Shown here: positions 38,402-48,700 of the stretch, piece after piece
How positions within the stretch are numbered: the first letter of the stretch is position 1
How the letters are laid out: each line of letters opens with the position of its first letter
Origin: a virus
Length of the DNA: 64,000 nt
Strand: one strand, 5' to 3'
Virus record (IMG/VR): IMGVR_UViG_3300046457_000118
Span: 12,359 to 76,358 of that record
Notes under the pieces: model-generated
Database searches by the model: none
Seen by the model: only the letters and a program-made list of their open reading frames with translations
Told to the model about the DNA's origin: nothing
Position numbers and translations under genes: made by a program

Positions 38402-39403
38402 ATGAACAAACGCTATGCCAATACGTCCAGTGTCCCGTTGTCATTGGCCGTCTTCCTCGCTACCGACAACTACGACTACAACGACGACCCCTATACCATC
38501 AGTGCGACCACGCTGCTCAAGCCAACTCGCCAGATCGTGCTGTCGCAACGGGTACCCGCCAACAGTGTGACACTGGACCTCGTAGCCCAGATGAACACCC
38601 GCATGGGTTCGGCTGTGCACGATGCCATTGAACGCTCGTGGAAGGACAACTACAAGAACGCACTGGAAGCCATTGGCATTCCGAAGTTCGTCATCAACAA
38701 GGTCCGCATCAACCCGACCAATGCCGAACTGGCTGCTGATCCTGACATCATCCCGGTGTACATGGAACAGCGCATGCAACGCAATATCGGCAAGTGGACC
38801 GTCAGCGGCAAGTTCGACTTCATCGGTGAAGGCCGGGTGCAGGACTTCAAGACGGCGACGATCTGGTCTTACATGAATCAGGTCAACGCATGGAAGCAGA
38901 TGATGCAGGGTTCCCTGTATCGCTGGCTCGATCCGAACAAGATCACGCAGGATCAGATGGACATCATTCACATCTTCAAGGATTGGATGCCTGCGATGGT
39001 CGCTACCGACCCGAATTATCCGAAGCAACCCTTTGCCGTGCAGACCTTCAACCTGCTGCCCTACGACGAGACCGACCGATTCGTCAGTGTCAAGCTGGCG
39101 GAGATCGAACGCTGCATGGATGCTGACGATGCCGATATCCCTGACTGCGGTGAGGACGATCTGTGGCGTAGCAAGACGGTCTACAAGTACTATGCCAATG
39201 GCTTTGCCGGTGCCAAGAAAAGCTCGAAGAACTTCGAGGACTTGGCTTCTGCCAACCAGCACATGTACACCGAGAAGGGTGGCAAGGGTGAAGTCGTCAC
39301 CGTGTATGGCACCGTCAAGGCATGCAACCACTGTGCCGCAGCCCCCGTCTGTGGCCAGCGTGAACGCCTGATCGCCTCGGGCCACCTGCTCAAGCAGATT
39401 TAA
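38402..39403 (+). CDS. PD-(D/E)XK exonuclease (N4 gp42-like)
   Basis: SATTLLKP, GSAVHD, SGKFD...QDFK, terminal CNHC...C. Confidence 0.85.
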   Translation: MNKRYANTSSVPLSLAVFLATDNYDYNDDPYTISATTLLKPTRQIVLSQRVPANSVTLDLVAQMNTRMGSAVHDAIERSWKDNYKNALEAIGIPKFVINKVRINPTNAELAADPDIIPVYMEQRMQRNIGKWTVSGKFDFIGEGRVQDFKTATIWSYMNQVNAWKQMMQGSLYRWLDPNKITQDQMDIIHIFKDWMPAMVATDPNYPKQPFAVQTFNLLPYDETDRFVSVKLAEIERCMDADDADIPDCGEDDLWRSKTVYKYYANGFAGAKKSSKNFEDLASANQHMYTEKGGKGEVVTVYGTVKACNHCAAAPVCGQRERLIASGHLLKQI

Positions 39404-39423
39404 TCAACCCCTAAAGGAAGACT

Positions 39424-39618
39424 ATGGAAATCGAAAATCTCCAATCAGCTATTGAAGAAGCTGAACGCTTTGTCAAGAAAGCCAAACAGTTGGAAAAGAC
39501 ATTTGATGCTGGCGGTCGTACCGCTGGCACCATCTACGGCTTTCCTGCTGAACAAGGTGCAGTCAAGCGTGCCAGCATGGACCTGACTCGTTCGCTGGCA
39601 AAGCTCCGTAATCAATAA
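39424..39618 (+). CDS. Hypothetical protein
   Basis: AAGGAA RBS; AVKRASMDLTRSLAKLR. Confidence 0.75.
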   Translation: MEIENLQSAIEEAERFVKKAKQLEKTFDAGGRTAGTIYGFPAEQGAVKRASMDLTRSLAKLRNQ

Positions 39619-39627
39619 GGAGTCTCA

Positions 39628-41823
39628 ATGAAACCAATAGAAGACATGGAGTTTCATCCCATCGCAGAAGAAGTCGTCAAGATTCTCTGCGAGCGGACAC
39701 AAAACTTCAGCCCCCTGTTCTTCCGGGTTTCGGTCGCCTACTACTTTGCCAAGGTAGCCTCCATGATGCGTTGCTCGATTGTGACGCATGATCGTGGTGA
39801 GATCCCGGTAAGTTTGTATGCACTGAACCTCGGCACATCCGGTTCGGGCAAAGGCTTCTCGACCAACATCATGGAAGAACACGTTATCAAGGGCTTCCGT
39901 GAACGCTTCTTGAGCGAGACCTTCCCGTATCTGGTCGAACAGAACCTGCCCCGTCTGGCAGTCGAACGGGCCAACCGCAAGAATGCCAACATGAACAGCA
40001 ACGGCATCATTGTTGATCCCGATGTCGAACTGGAACGTGTGCGCAAGGAGTTCAACGAATCGGGCACCATGGTGTTCTCGTTCGACTCCGGTACCACACC
40101 GGCAGTCAAGCAGTTGCGTCACTTCCTGTTGATGGCCAATACTGGCTCGATCAATCTCGAAATGGACGAGATCGGTTCCAACCTGCTCGGCAATACCGAG
40201 GTGTTGACGGCCTTCCTCGAACTGTACGACAAGGGCTTGATCAAGCCAAAGCTGATCAAGAGTACGTCGGACAACCGACGCAGCGAAGAGATCATCGGCG
40301 GTACTCCTACCAACATGCTCTTGTTCGGTACGCCTGCCAAGCTGCTCGATGGTGGCAAGACAGAGGAAGAACTGTTCTCGATGCTGGAGACGGGCTATGC
40401 GCGTCGCTGCTTCTTCGGCTACTCGCGTGCCGGTCACAAGGGTGCCAAGCGTACGGCCAAGGAGGTCTACGACATGTTGACCAATCCCCAGTCGAACCAG
40501 TACATCCTTGGCTTGTCGGATCGTCTGGCACAACTGGCTGACATCTCCAATGCAGACAAGAAGCTGCTCATGACCGAAGAGGTCAGCTTGATCCTGTTGG
40601 AGTACAAGCTACTGTGCGAAGAGAAGGCCGAGGAACTGCCTGAGCATCTGGAAGTGCGCAAGGCTGAAATCAGCCATCGCTACTTCAAGGCGCTGAAGCT
40701 GGCCGGTGCCTATGCCTTCATCGACGATTCGCCGGAAGTCACCGAGGAACACCTGTACAACGCCATCAAACTGGCCGAGGAATCGGGTGCAGCCTTCGAG
40801 AGCATCCTGTCGCGGGACAAGCCTTACGTCAAGCTGGCCAAGTACTTTGCCACCTGCAAAACTGATGTGACGCATGCTGACCTGATTGCCGATCTGCCCT
40901 TCTTCAAGGGTACGGCAAGCCAACGTGCAGAACTGATCGGGCTGGCCATCGCATGGGGCTACCGGAACAACATCATCATCAAGAAGTCGTTCAATGATGG
41001 GATCGAGTTCCTGCGTGGTGAGTCGTTGAAGGAAAGCCATCTGGACAGCATGATCCTGTCGTACAGCACGGACATCACCACGGACTACCTGAACGTGCGT
41101 GGACCATGGGAAGAACTGTACATGCTGACGCAGGCTGATGGTCACCACTGGCTGTCTCACCACCTGCAAGACGGTGACAAGGGCCAAGGTCACCGGAAGG
41201 AAGAGAACTGCCTGCCGGGCTTCAACCTGATCGTGCTGGATGTGGACGGTGGCGTGTCGCTGGACACGGTACGTCTGCTGATGAAGGACTACAAGTACCT
41301 CATCTACACCACCAAGAGCCATGTCCCAGATGATCCGCAACAGCATTGCTTCCGCCTGATCTTGCCGTCGAACTTCGAGTTGTCGATGACGGCTCCGGAG
41401 TACAAGGAGTTCATGGAGAACGTGTATTCATGGCTTCCATTCAAGATCGATGACCAAACCAATCAGCGTGCACGCAAGTGGCTCTCGTGGAACATGCACT
41501 ACGAGTACAACGAGGGTCAGGTTTTCGATGTGCTGCCCTTCATCCCGAAGACCAGCAAGAACGAGGAACGGAAGAAGCGTCTCGAATCGCAGGCTGACAT
41601 GGACAACCTGCAACGCTGGGTCATCAACAACACAGGTGATGGTAACCGCAACAACATGCTGCTTCGTTACGCGATGATCCTGATGGACTCTGGTTTCAAC
41701 TTCGGTGCCATCGATGACCACGTACGGGCGATGAACGACAAGCTCCCGGACAAGCTCGATGACAACGAGATCACGGCCACCATCATGAAGACCGTCGCCA
41801 ACCGCATGACCGCACGACCATAG
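39628..41823 (+). CDS. DNA primase/helicase-like protein (N4 gp43-like)
   Basis: GTSGSGKG, MDEIG, LDVDGG, YTTKSH, GNRNNMLLRYA. Confidence 0.88.
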   Translation: MKPIEDMEFHPIAEEVVKILCERTQNFSPLFFRVSVAYYFAKVASMMRCSIVTHDRGEIPVSLYALNLGTSGSGKGFSTNIMEEHVIKGFRERFLSETFPYLVEQNLPRLAVERANRKNANMNSNGIIVDPDVELERVRKEFNESGTMVFSFDSGTTPAVKQLRHFLLMANTGSINLEMDEIGSNLLGNTEVLTAFLELYDKGLIKPKLIKSTSDNRRSEEIIGGTPTNMLLFGTPAKLLDGGKTEEELFSMLETGYARRCFFGYSRAGHKGAKRTAKEVYDMLTNPQSNQYILGLSDRLAQLADISNADKKLLMTEEVSLILLEYKLLCEEKAEELPEHLEVRKAEISHRYFKALKLAGAYAFIDDSPEVTEEHLYNAIKLAEESGAAFESILSRDKPYVKLAKYFATCKTDVTHADLIADLPFFKGTASQRAELIGLAIAWGYRNNIIIKKSFNDGIEFLRGESLKESHLDSMILSYSTDITTDYLNVRGPWEELYMLTQADGHHWLSHHLQDGDKGQGHRKEENCLPGFNLIVLDVDGGVSLDTVRLLMKDYKYLIYTTKSHVPDDPQQHCFRLILPSNFELSMTAPEYKEFMENVYSWLPFKIDDQTNQRARKWLSWNMHYEYNEGQVFDVLPFIPKTSKNEERKKRLESQADMDNLQRWVINNTGDGNRNNMLLRYAMILMDSGFNFGAIDDHVRAMNDKLPDKLDDNEITATIMKTVANRMTARP

Positions 41824-41831
41824 GAGAAACC

Positions 41832-42035
41832 ATGAGTAAAGAACTACAACCGCATCAACAACGTGTCGTCGATGAGCAACGTGAACTAGACACGAAGATC
41901 GTGGCCCTGCGCACGTTCATCAAAGGCGACATCTTCAACAAGCTGGATGTGCAAGAACAGACACGACTGGAACTGCAAATCGGCTACATGGAAGGCTACA
42001 GCAGCGTCTTGGGCCGTCGTATCGCTGCATTCTAA
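41832..42035 (+). CDS. Small coiled-coil phage protein (crAss001_48-like)
   Basis: HQQRVVDEQRELDTKI...MEGYSSVLGRRIAAF. Confidence 0.75.
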   Translation: MSKELQPHQQRVVDEQRELDTKIVALRTFIKGDIFNKLDVQEQTRLELQIGYMEGYSSVLGRRIAAF

Positions 42036-42039
42036 TCAG

Positions 42040-42054
42040 GCACCCTCCGGGTGC
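42040..42054 (+). promoter_or_regulatory. N4-type triloop hairpin
   Basis: GCACCC-TCC-GGGTGC; intergenic. Confidence 0.5.
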
Positions 42055-42110
42055 ACATTCGGAAAATACAGGCCGGTGTCTGCTGGCCTGTTCTCAACCA
42101 AGGAAACCAA

Positions 42111-42857
42111 ATGAGTGATGATACTCAAGTAACCAGCGTCAATGACTTCCTCGTGGCAGTCGTAGGCAAATCCTCGACCGGCAAATCGGCTTCGCTGATG
42201 GGCATCGAGAACCCGGAAGGCGTGGCCTATGCCAACTGTGAAGCGGGCAAGAAGCTGCCCTTCCGCTCGAAGTTCAAGGAAATTACGATCACCGATCCCT
42301 TCCAGGTGATCCAACTCCTGCAAGAAGTCGAAGAGATGCCCGACATCCATACCGTGGCCATCGACTCGCTGTCGTTCCTGTTGGAGATGTATGTTTCCCT
42401 GTACGTGGTCACCAACACGGCCAATGGCATGAAGGCATGGGGCGAGTTCGCCCAGTTCGTCAAGAACATGTTCCAGCAACACGTTGCCGCATCGACCAAG
42501 AACATCATCTTCATCTCGCACACCGCCGACAAGTATAACGAGTCGGAACTGGTGAGCGAAGTAGCAATGCCGGTGCAGGGTTCGACCAAGAACGTTGGCC
42601 TCGAAGCCTACTTCTCGCTGGTCATCGCCACCAAGAAGGTCAAGATCAAGGAACTGGAGAAGTACAAGAACCCCATGCTGACCATCACCGAGGAAGACCA
42701 GATCCTCGGCTACAAGCATGTGTACCAGACCCGCCTTACCAAAGAGACTTCGAACGAACGTCTCCGTGGTCCGATGGGCATGTGGTCGATCCAAGAGACC
42801 TACATCGACAACAACATTCAACACGTCATCAACCGTCTGAGGGAGTACTACGCCTAA
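42111..42857 (+). CDS. Sak4-like AAA ATPase (N4 gp44-like)
   Basis: GKSSTGKS, NCEAGKKLPF, IDSL, ERLRGPMGM. Confidence 0.85.
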   Translation: MSDDTQVTSVNDFLVAVVGKSSTGKSASLMGIENPEGVAYANCEAGKKLPFRSKFKEITITDPFQVIQLLQEVEEMPDIHTVAIDSLSFLLEMYVSLYVVTNTANGMKAWGEFAQFVKNMFQQHVAASTKNIIFISHTADKYNESELVSEVAMPVQGSTKNVGLEAYFSLVIATKKVKIKELEKYKNPMLTITEEDQILGYKHVYQTRLTKETSNERLRGPMGMWSIQETYIDNNIQHVINRLREYYA

Positions 42858-42921
42858 CTCTACTTGAGTGCTAGTACCCACTGATATACACTTCTGTCTC
42901 CCCAACCCGAAAGGAAATACC

Positions 42922-43677
42922 ATGAGTCTGCTCAAAGGACTGAAGAAAGACCCGACCCTCGCTGGCGAACGTGACACCGTAGGCGGTGGCAACATCCGTG
43001 AATCGGATGTGTACCCGCTGACCGTTTCGATGGCTTACCTGCAAAAGTCGTCCGGTGGCGCACTCGGCTGCTTCCTGACCTTCAAGGATGCCGATGGCAA
43101 GGAAATCAACCAGACCATCTACGTCACCAGTGGTGATGCCAAGGGCAACAGCAACACGTACACCGACAAGGACGGCAAGGAACACTATCTGCCGGGTTAC
43201 CTGCAAGTGAATGGCCTGTGCCTGCTGTCCATCGGTCAGGAACTGTCTGACCTCGAAGAAGAAGAGAAGACCATCTCGGTCTACGACTTCAACGCCAAAG
43301 CCAAGGTCATGAAGAAGATGCCGGTGCTGACCGCCCTGATCGGTGCCAAGATCAAGGCCGGTATCGTCAAGCAGATCGTCAACAAGAACGTCAAGAGTGA
43401 CGACGGCGTGTACTACCCGACCACCGACACCCGCGAAGAGAACGAGATCAGCAAGTTCTTCCGCGACGACGATGGCCTGACCGTGGCCGAGATCGAAGCC
43501 GGTACCACCGAAGCCACGTTCATGGACGACTGGCTGAAGAAGTTCAAGGGTCAGGTCATCGACAAGACCAACAAGGACGCCAAGGCACCTCCGGCTGGTG
43601 GTGCCAAGCCTGCTCCGGGTGGTGCACCGGCTGCGGCCAAGCCGAAGTCGAGCCTGTTCGGTAAGCCCGCCGCGTAA
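42922..43677 (+). CDS. ssb: Single-stranded DNA-binding protein / late activator (N4 gp45-like)
   Basis: ERDTVGGG, YLPGY, REENEISKFF, Ala/Pro tail ending SLFG; syntenic position. Confidence 0.85.
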   Translation: MSLLKGLKKDPTLAGERDTVGGGNIRESDVYPLTVSMAYLQKSSGGALGCFLTFKDADGKEINQTIYVTSGDAKGNSNTYTDKDGKEHYLPGYLQVNGLCLLSIGQELSDLEEEEKTISVYDFNAKAKVMKKMPVLTALIGAKIKAGIVKQIVNKNVKSDDGVYYPTTDTREENEISKFFRDDDGLTVAEIEAGTTEATFMDDWLKKFKGQVIDKTNKDAKAPPAGGAKPAPGGAPAAAKPKSSLFGKPAA

Positions 43678-43697
43678 CTGTCTCCTGCGTTGTGCCT

Positions 43698-43729
43698 TGC
43701 TGCCCGGTGAAAGCTGGGCAGCTTTTTTA
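43698..43729 (+). terminator. Intrinsic terminator
   Basis: GCTGCCCGG-TGAAAG-CTGGGCAGC followed by TTTTTT. Confidence 0.8.
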
Positions 43730-43745
43730 ATCCCCAAGGAACAAA

Positions 43746-44114
43746 ATGACCGATCAAGAAAACAATCTGCCGGATGGCATGGGCATCATGAACAACATCG
43801 ACCAGATGGCTTTCCTCGTGGCCGAATGGTTCGAGAACGCCCACAAGCAGGCCCAGATGGCTTACGAAGTGCCGGATGGTCAGCCGATCACCGTCACCTT
43901 CGAGAAGGATGGCAAAGCCGAGGAACTGGTCCTGACCGGTGATCTGCTGAAAGGCTTCAAGGCAGGCTGCATCGTCTTGACGAATATCTTCGGCCAACTG
44001 CCGTTCGCCCGTGTGCAGGAACCGGCACCACTGCCGGAAGGTTTTGCGACCTACGAAGAACCGGCACTGAAGCTCGTGGCATCGAACGATGACCAACCTG
44101 CGTCGGGCAACTGA
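43746..44114 (+). CDS. Hypothetical protein (N4 gp46-like)
   Basis: GFKAG...FGQLPF; syntenic position. Confidence 0.7.
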   Translation: MTDQENNLPDGMGIMNNIDQMAFLVAEWFENAHKQAQMAYEVPDGQPITVTFEKDGKAEELVLTGDLLKGFKAGCIVLTNIFGQLPFARVQEPAPLPEGFATYEEPALKLVASNDDQPASGN

Positions 44115-44679
44115 CCGGTTCGTGGTGGTGGGTTTCGACCCATCACTGCGTAACTGGGGCGTGGCCAAGGGTATCTATGTCCCTGCGGAGAAGAAGCTCG
44201 TCATCGAATACCTCGATGTGATCCATACCCAGCATGACGACAGCAAGCAGGTACGTAACAACTCCAAGGACTTGGAGACCGCACAGCAGCTTTGCAAAGG
44301 TGCCTGGGAGGCCTCAGAAGGCGCTCAGGCGATCTTTGTGGAAGTCCCGCATGGAAGCCAGTCCGCAAGGGCAATGGCTTCCTACGGCATCTGTGTAGGC
44401 GTTCTGGGAGCATTGCGTACCGCAGGCATCCCGTTCTTCGAGGTGTCCGAGTCGGAAGTCAAGAAGGCGACTACCGGCAACCGGAAAGCCACGAAGACCG
44501 AGACCATCGCATGGGCCATGGCCAAGCACCCCGAAGCTCCTTGGCCGATGTATTCCCGCAATGGTCAATTGTTGGTGTCCGAAGCCAAGGCTGAACACAT
44601 GGCTGATGCTATCGGTGCCATCTACGCTGGCCTTGCCAGCAAACCGTTTCAACAACTCATCCCCTTCATCACCCCTTAA
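44089..44679 (+). CDS. RuvC-like Holliday junction resolvase
   Basis: VGFDPSLRNWG, FVEVP, EHMADA. Confidence 0.88.
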   Translation: MTNLRRATDRFVVVGFDPSLRNWGVAKGIYVPAEKKLVIEYLDVIHTQHDDSKQVRNNSKDLETAQQLCKGAWEASEGAQAIFVEVPHGSQSARAMASYGICVGVLGALRTAGIPFFEVSESEVKKATTGNRKATKTETIAWAMAKHPEAPWPMYSRNGQLLVSEAKAEHMADAIGAIYAGLASKPFQQLIPFITP

Positions 44680-44689
44680 AGGAAGCACC

Positions 44690-45163
44690 ATGAAAATGCA
44701 ACTGACCCAAGACGAAATCAAAGCCGCCATCGCCCGTTACGTCCATAACGTGATCGGCATCGATCTGACGTACAACGATCTGGCGATCAGCTTCTCGGCC
44801 ACCCGTCTGGAAGGCACCATCGCCTTTCTGGACATCACCACCAAGACGAAAGCCGCTGTGTCTGCAATCGTGGGCACCTGCACGCCGACGATCCCCGGCT
44901 ATTCGGAACCTGCCGAAGATGTCACGGCCATCGATGCGCCGGCACTGGCTGAACCGGTTGCCGATCCCGGTACGCCGGAAGTCGCTGCCGAGGCACAAGC
45001 GGAAGCCACGCTGAACGATCCGGTGCAACTGGCCGAGACCGTGGTGGAAGCCGAGCCGGAAGTCGTTGCTGAAGCCAGCATGACGGAAGAAGCTCCGGTT
45101 GCTGAAGTGGTACCGAAGAAGTCCACGGCCACGCTGTTCGGCAAGCCTGCGACTGCTGCCTAA
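44690..45163 (+). CDS. Hypothetical protein with acidic Ala/Pro/Glu tail
   Basis: AAGGAA RBS; MQLTQDEIKAAIARYV; ends TLFGKPATAA. Confidence 0.8.
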   Translation: MKMQLTQDEIKAAIARYVHNVIGIDLTYNDLAISFSATRLEGTIAFLDITTKTKAAVSAIVGTCTPTIPGYSEPAEDVTAIDAPALAEPVADPGTPEVAAEAQAEATLNDPVQLAETVVEAEPEVVAEASMTEEAPVAEVVPKKSTATLFGKPATAA

Positions 45164-45166
45164 TCC

Positions 45167-45361
45167 ATGATGCTGATCTACGGTATCGTCGTCATTGCCA
45201 TCATCGCAGGACTGTTCTTCGTGTCCATGCTGTTGTCGGCTGTGATGTCCGTGATCGGTGGTGTCATCGGTGCCGCCCTTGCGGGTGGTGCCGTGATAGC
45301 ATGGATTTATCTCTGCTGGTGCGGTTACCGTGCCAACAGGAAAAAAGGTGTCCGCAGGTAA
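45167..45361 (+). CDS. Small membrane protein
   Basis: Two hydrophobic helices, basic tail. Confidence 0.65.
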   Translation: MMLIYGIVVIAIIAGLFFVSMLLSAVMSVIGGVIGAALAGGAVIAWIYLCWCGYRANRKKGVRR

Positions 45362-45369
45362 TTGCTGAC

Positions 45370-45685
45370 CGTCACCCTCACGAAACGAGGGCAAACCTTT
45401 CAAATGGGTAGAGTAAAAATATCCCTCGGCATAAACGAGGGACCACACAGAGAGGCTTTCTCGGATGCATAGGGGCATGCTCACATGTTCCCTTATAAGC
45501 CTGACACCTTGAAAGTCTCTCTGTGTGGTGACGTGCAATGCTGATGCACAGGCAGGCTCCCAGTTAATTCCTTTTCTGGCAGCTTGCTGTCGGTGGAGAT
45601 GGATTTCCATGGGGGCCGACAAGCCGGATGAAGACAGCACCGGCCACCACTACATACCTGTTCCGGGAAGGATGGGTAAGCAGAA
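45370..45685 (+). ncRNA. Candidate structured non-coding RNA
   Basis: At least seven stems including a 19-bp helix (45442-45460/45511-45529); G-U wobbles favour the + strand. Confidence 0.5.
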
Positions 45686-45718
45686 GAAGAAAGCCCCCTC
45701 ACGGGGGCTTTTCTTTTT
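45686..45718. terminator. Bidirectional terminator
   Basis: AAAGCCCCC-TCAC-GGGGGCTTT with flanking A- and T-runs, between convergent genes. Confidence 0.85.
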
Positions 45719-48700
45719 AGTTGAAGGGCATCGTTACTGCCTTGTACGTGGCCAGCGTACCGATGGCTTGTGGGTAAGTGAACACACCAGCTTCAAGCGG
45801 GTTGTTACCCAGTCGATGGTAGAAGGAAGAATCCATCACCGTCGGCAGATGCTTGAAGTAGTGCGACAAGGCCACCAGTCCCAGAGCACGTCCCGGATTA
45901 CCCCGGTGCAGTGCCAGCAGCACCTTCTGGATACGCAGGTAGTACTTGGTGAACCTCACGAAGCCCATGTCGTTCAGGTACTGGGTACGGCGATCCGTGG
46001 GCACGTCATAGAAGATGAATGCCTCGGATGCCAACGAGACGGCTTCCTCCTTTGACATCGGGTCTTTCTTCTTGGTCGTCATGTGCTGGTACAGCGTATA
46101 GCGACCAAGGAAGTCCGAGATTTGGGCAGCTTCCGACAGCAACTGGTAGACATAAGTTTCATGGCCCATGTACAACTGGTTGGCCACCGACTTGACATCC
46201 GGATTGATCCAGCTAGTCAGTTGCTCCGTACGCTTGTTGAACTTCGACTTGTACGAGTAGATGTCGTCATCCATCTCCACATCATCCACGATGGTCGGCA
46301 TCAGGCCCGCTTGGATCAGTTCATGCATCGGGTTCCTTGCCAGTGCATCCTTCAGCTTGGCTACCCGAGCTTTATCCTCATTCACGTTGCCGGACGTTCC
46401 GGTGTCGAGCTTGGTCTGCAATGCGAACAGTTCAGCACTGTCACGCTTGTAGGCGATAGCGCCACGGAATGCAATGCGGTGACTGCGGAAGATTTCCGTC
46501 AAAGGTACACCGAAGCCATACAACATAGAGATGTTCGAGGTCATGTTGCCCATCAAAGTGGACAGGTTCTTCACGACCACGATGTCCTTGGCTTCCTTCA
46601 CCAGCCACTGCCACATCTCTTCGACAGTACGCAGACGCACCATTGCACGGGCTTCACGCGACTTGAAGTCTTCCGGATCAGCATGGTCGGACAGCATCTT
46701 GCCGGTACCGAGGAAACTCAACACATCCCCCATCAGCTTCTCCCAACCCTTGCGTGCTTCACGATCCTTCTTCAACACATCCGTGATCGACAGCTTACGG
46801 TAGCCGAAGGTCATGTCCAGCAGATCGATACGCACCTGCATGGCATCCGACTTCCACACTTCACGGATGGTCTGCTTGGCCGACTCAGGCAGTAGACGAT
46901 AGATTTCACGCATCTCCGGATCAGCCGAACGCGGACCCACTTCGATGAATGAACGGGGACGCTCGTTGAACTCCTTACGGTACTGTTCATACAGCGTTTC
47001 CACCACCGTGCGGTTCTGTTTAGGCGTGCCTTCCTTGTCGTAGATCGAACCTGCCATCGTGCCCATCAGCTTGTCGAAACGGTTGTCCCGGTCAAGCACA
47101 TTATCCTTCACGTCATTGGCCATCATGTAGCGGTAGTTGACCTTATCACCCTGTGGATTGATGACAGGTACAAGGTACTCTTCCGTCACCTTGTCCGGTT
47201 CAATCGGATGGGTGAACATACGCTGCACATCGTCTGCCACATTCTGGCCGATCTGGTGCATCATTTCCGCGTTGTATAGTCCTTGATCGCTGAAGAAGTC
47301 CAGTACGCCGTTGTGCTTGGTCGTACCCTTGGTATTCATCGAGGTCAGCGACATGCTGCCGGTCAGGTATGGTTGCAGACCCGAGCCATGACGTGCCATC
47401 AGGTAGTTACCACCTGCTTCCGGATCAGCCTTGGCTGTTGCCAGCTTCATGCCTTGACCAAAGCCTTGATCACGCAAGTCATCGAGTTCATCCTTACTTG
47501 CCAGACGCAGTTCGACATAAGGGTTGTAGACCTCCGGCAGATAGCCCTTCATCATCAGGGCTTCCTGATCCTTGAACAGACGTTCCTTCGAGTCGGCTTG
47601 CAGCTTCTCGTGCAGCTTCAGGGCCATCTCGACACCGTTGCCCTCATCCCGTGCCATCTCCTTGGCCATCAGTTCACTGGCCGTCGTCTTCTCATCGGCA
47701 TTCGAGTAATGCAGGGCATACAGCGATGCCAGATGATCGATGGCCGGTTCGAAGCGCATGGCATCCTGTGGCATTGCCTGAGTTGTGCCATACAGGCGTG
47801 CGATGGCATGGGCATTTTGCATGGTGTTGGCGGCTCGTGCCTTGCCATTCACCATCTTGTAGCCCAGTGCCTTGGCTGCATTCACGTAGTACATCTGGTG
47901 CGGCGACGTAGCCAGTTCCTGCGTCACATCGACGATGGCTTGGGACAGCTTGGCTTGGTCATTCAGCAGGGCATGCAAGTCCTTCATGTCCGTGTAACGG
48001 GACATCAGGGACGCCATGTCGGTGCGCAGGAACACGTTGCTAACGGCCTTCTTCATGTCGTCCGTCAGGTTCTTGCCCTCATCGCTGAAGGACTCGATCA
48101 GTACCTTCGAGGTACCGGCGATCAAGTCCTTGCGCTTGCCTTCAAACAGCTTGGCCATGCGCAGCAGATGCAGGAACACTCGGTTGCCATCATGGGCACC
48201 ACGAATCTCGTTGATAGTGTTGGCGAACATGCCGTTACTGTAGTGGAAGTGCTGGTCACTGAAGTCCTGATACGCCTGGACCACATGGTCCAGGCGTTCC
48301 TTGACCGTAGCCGACACCAACGAGCCAGTCATCTTCAGGTAGCCGTTCTTGGCTTCCTTGAAGAACTTCGAGTTGGCCACCTCATCGACCTTGTTACGTG
48401 CACCCTTGGCCACCGAATTGAGCATACCTTCGATGGCATTGACGGTCTGCGACTGTTCCACGTTCAGGCGGGCACGACGCTTGGCTTCGATCATCACAAG
48501 CTGGGTTGCCAGCGAGTCCAGCTTGCTGTCTGCCTGCTCGCCCATGCGGGTCTTGGTCCAGCGACCGACCACCCATTGCAGGGCTTCCTGCAACATCTGG
48601 TTCAGCTTACCCAGCAGGGTATCGGCAAACTGTTCGTCCGACTTCAGCTTGGTCTTGAATTGCAGCAGGGCGTTGATCTTCGGATTAACCAAGCCAAGGG

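Noticed and set aside
38402-39403. Cas4-like nuclease as a sign of a CRISPR system
   Set aside because: No array or other cas genes; this is the standard N4-like exonuclease
45493-45702. 69-aa and 176-aa ORFs over the structured intergenic region
   Set aside because: No RBS, atypical composition, and they cross the terminator
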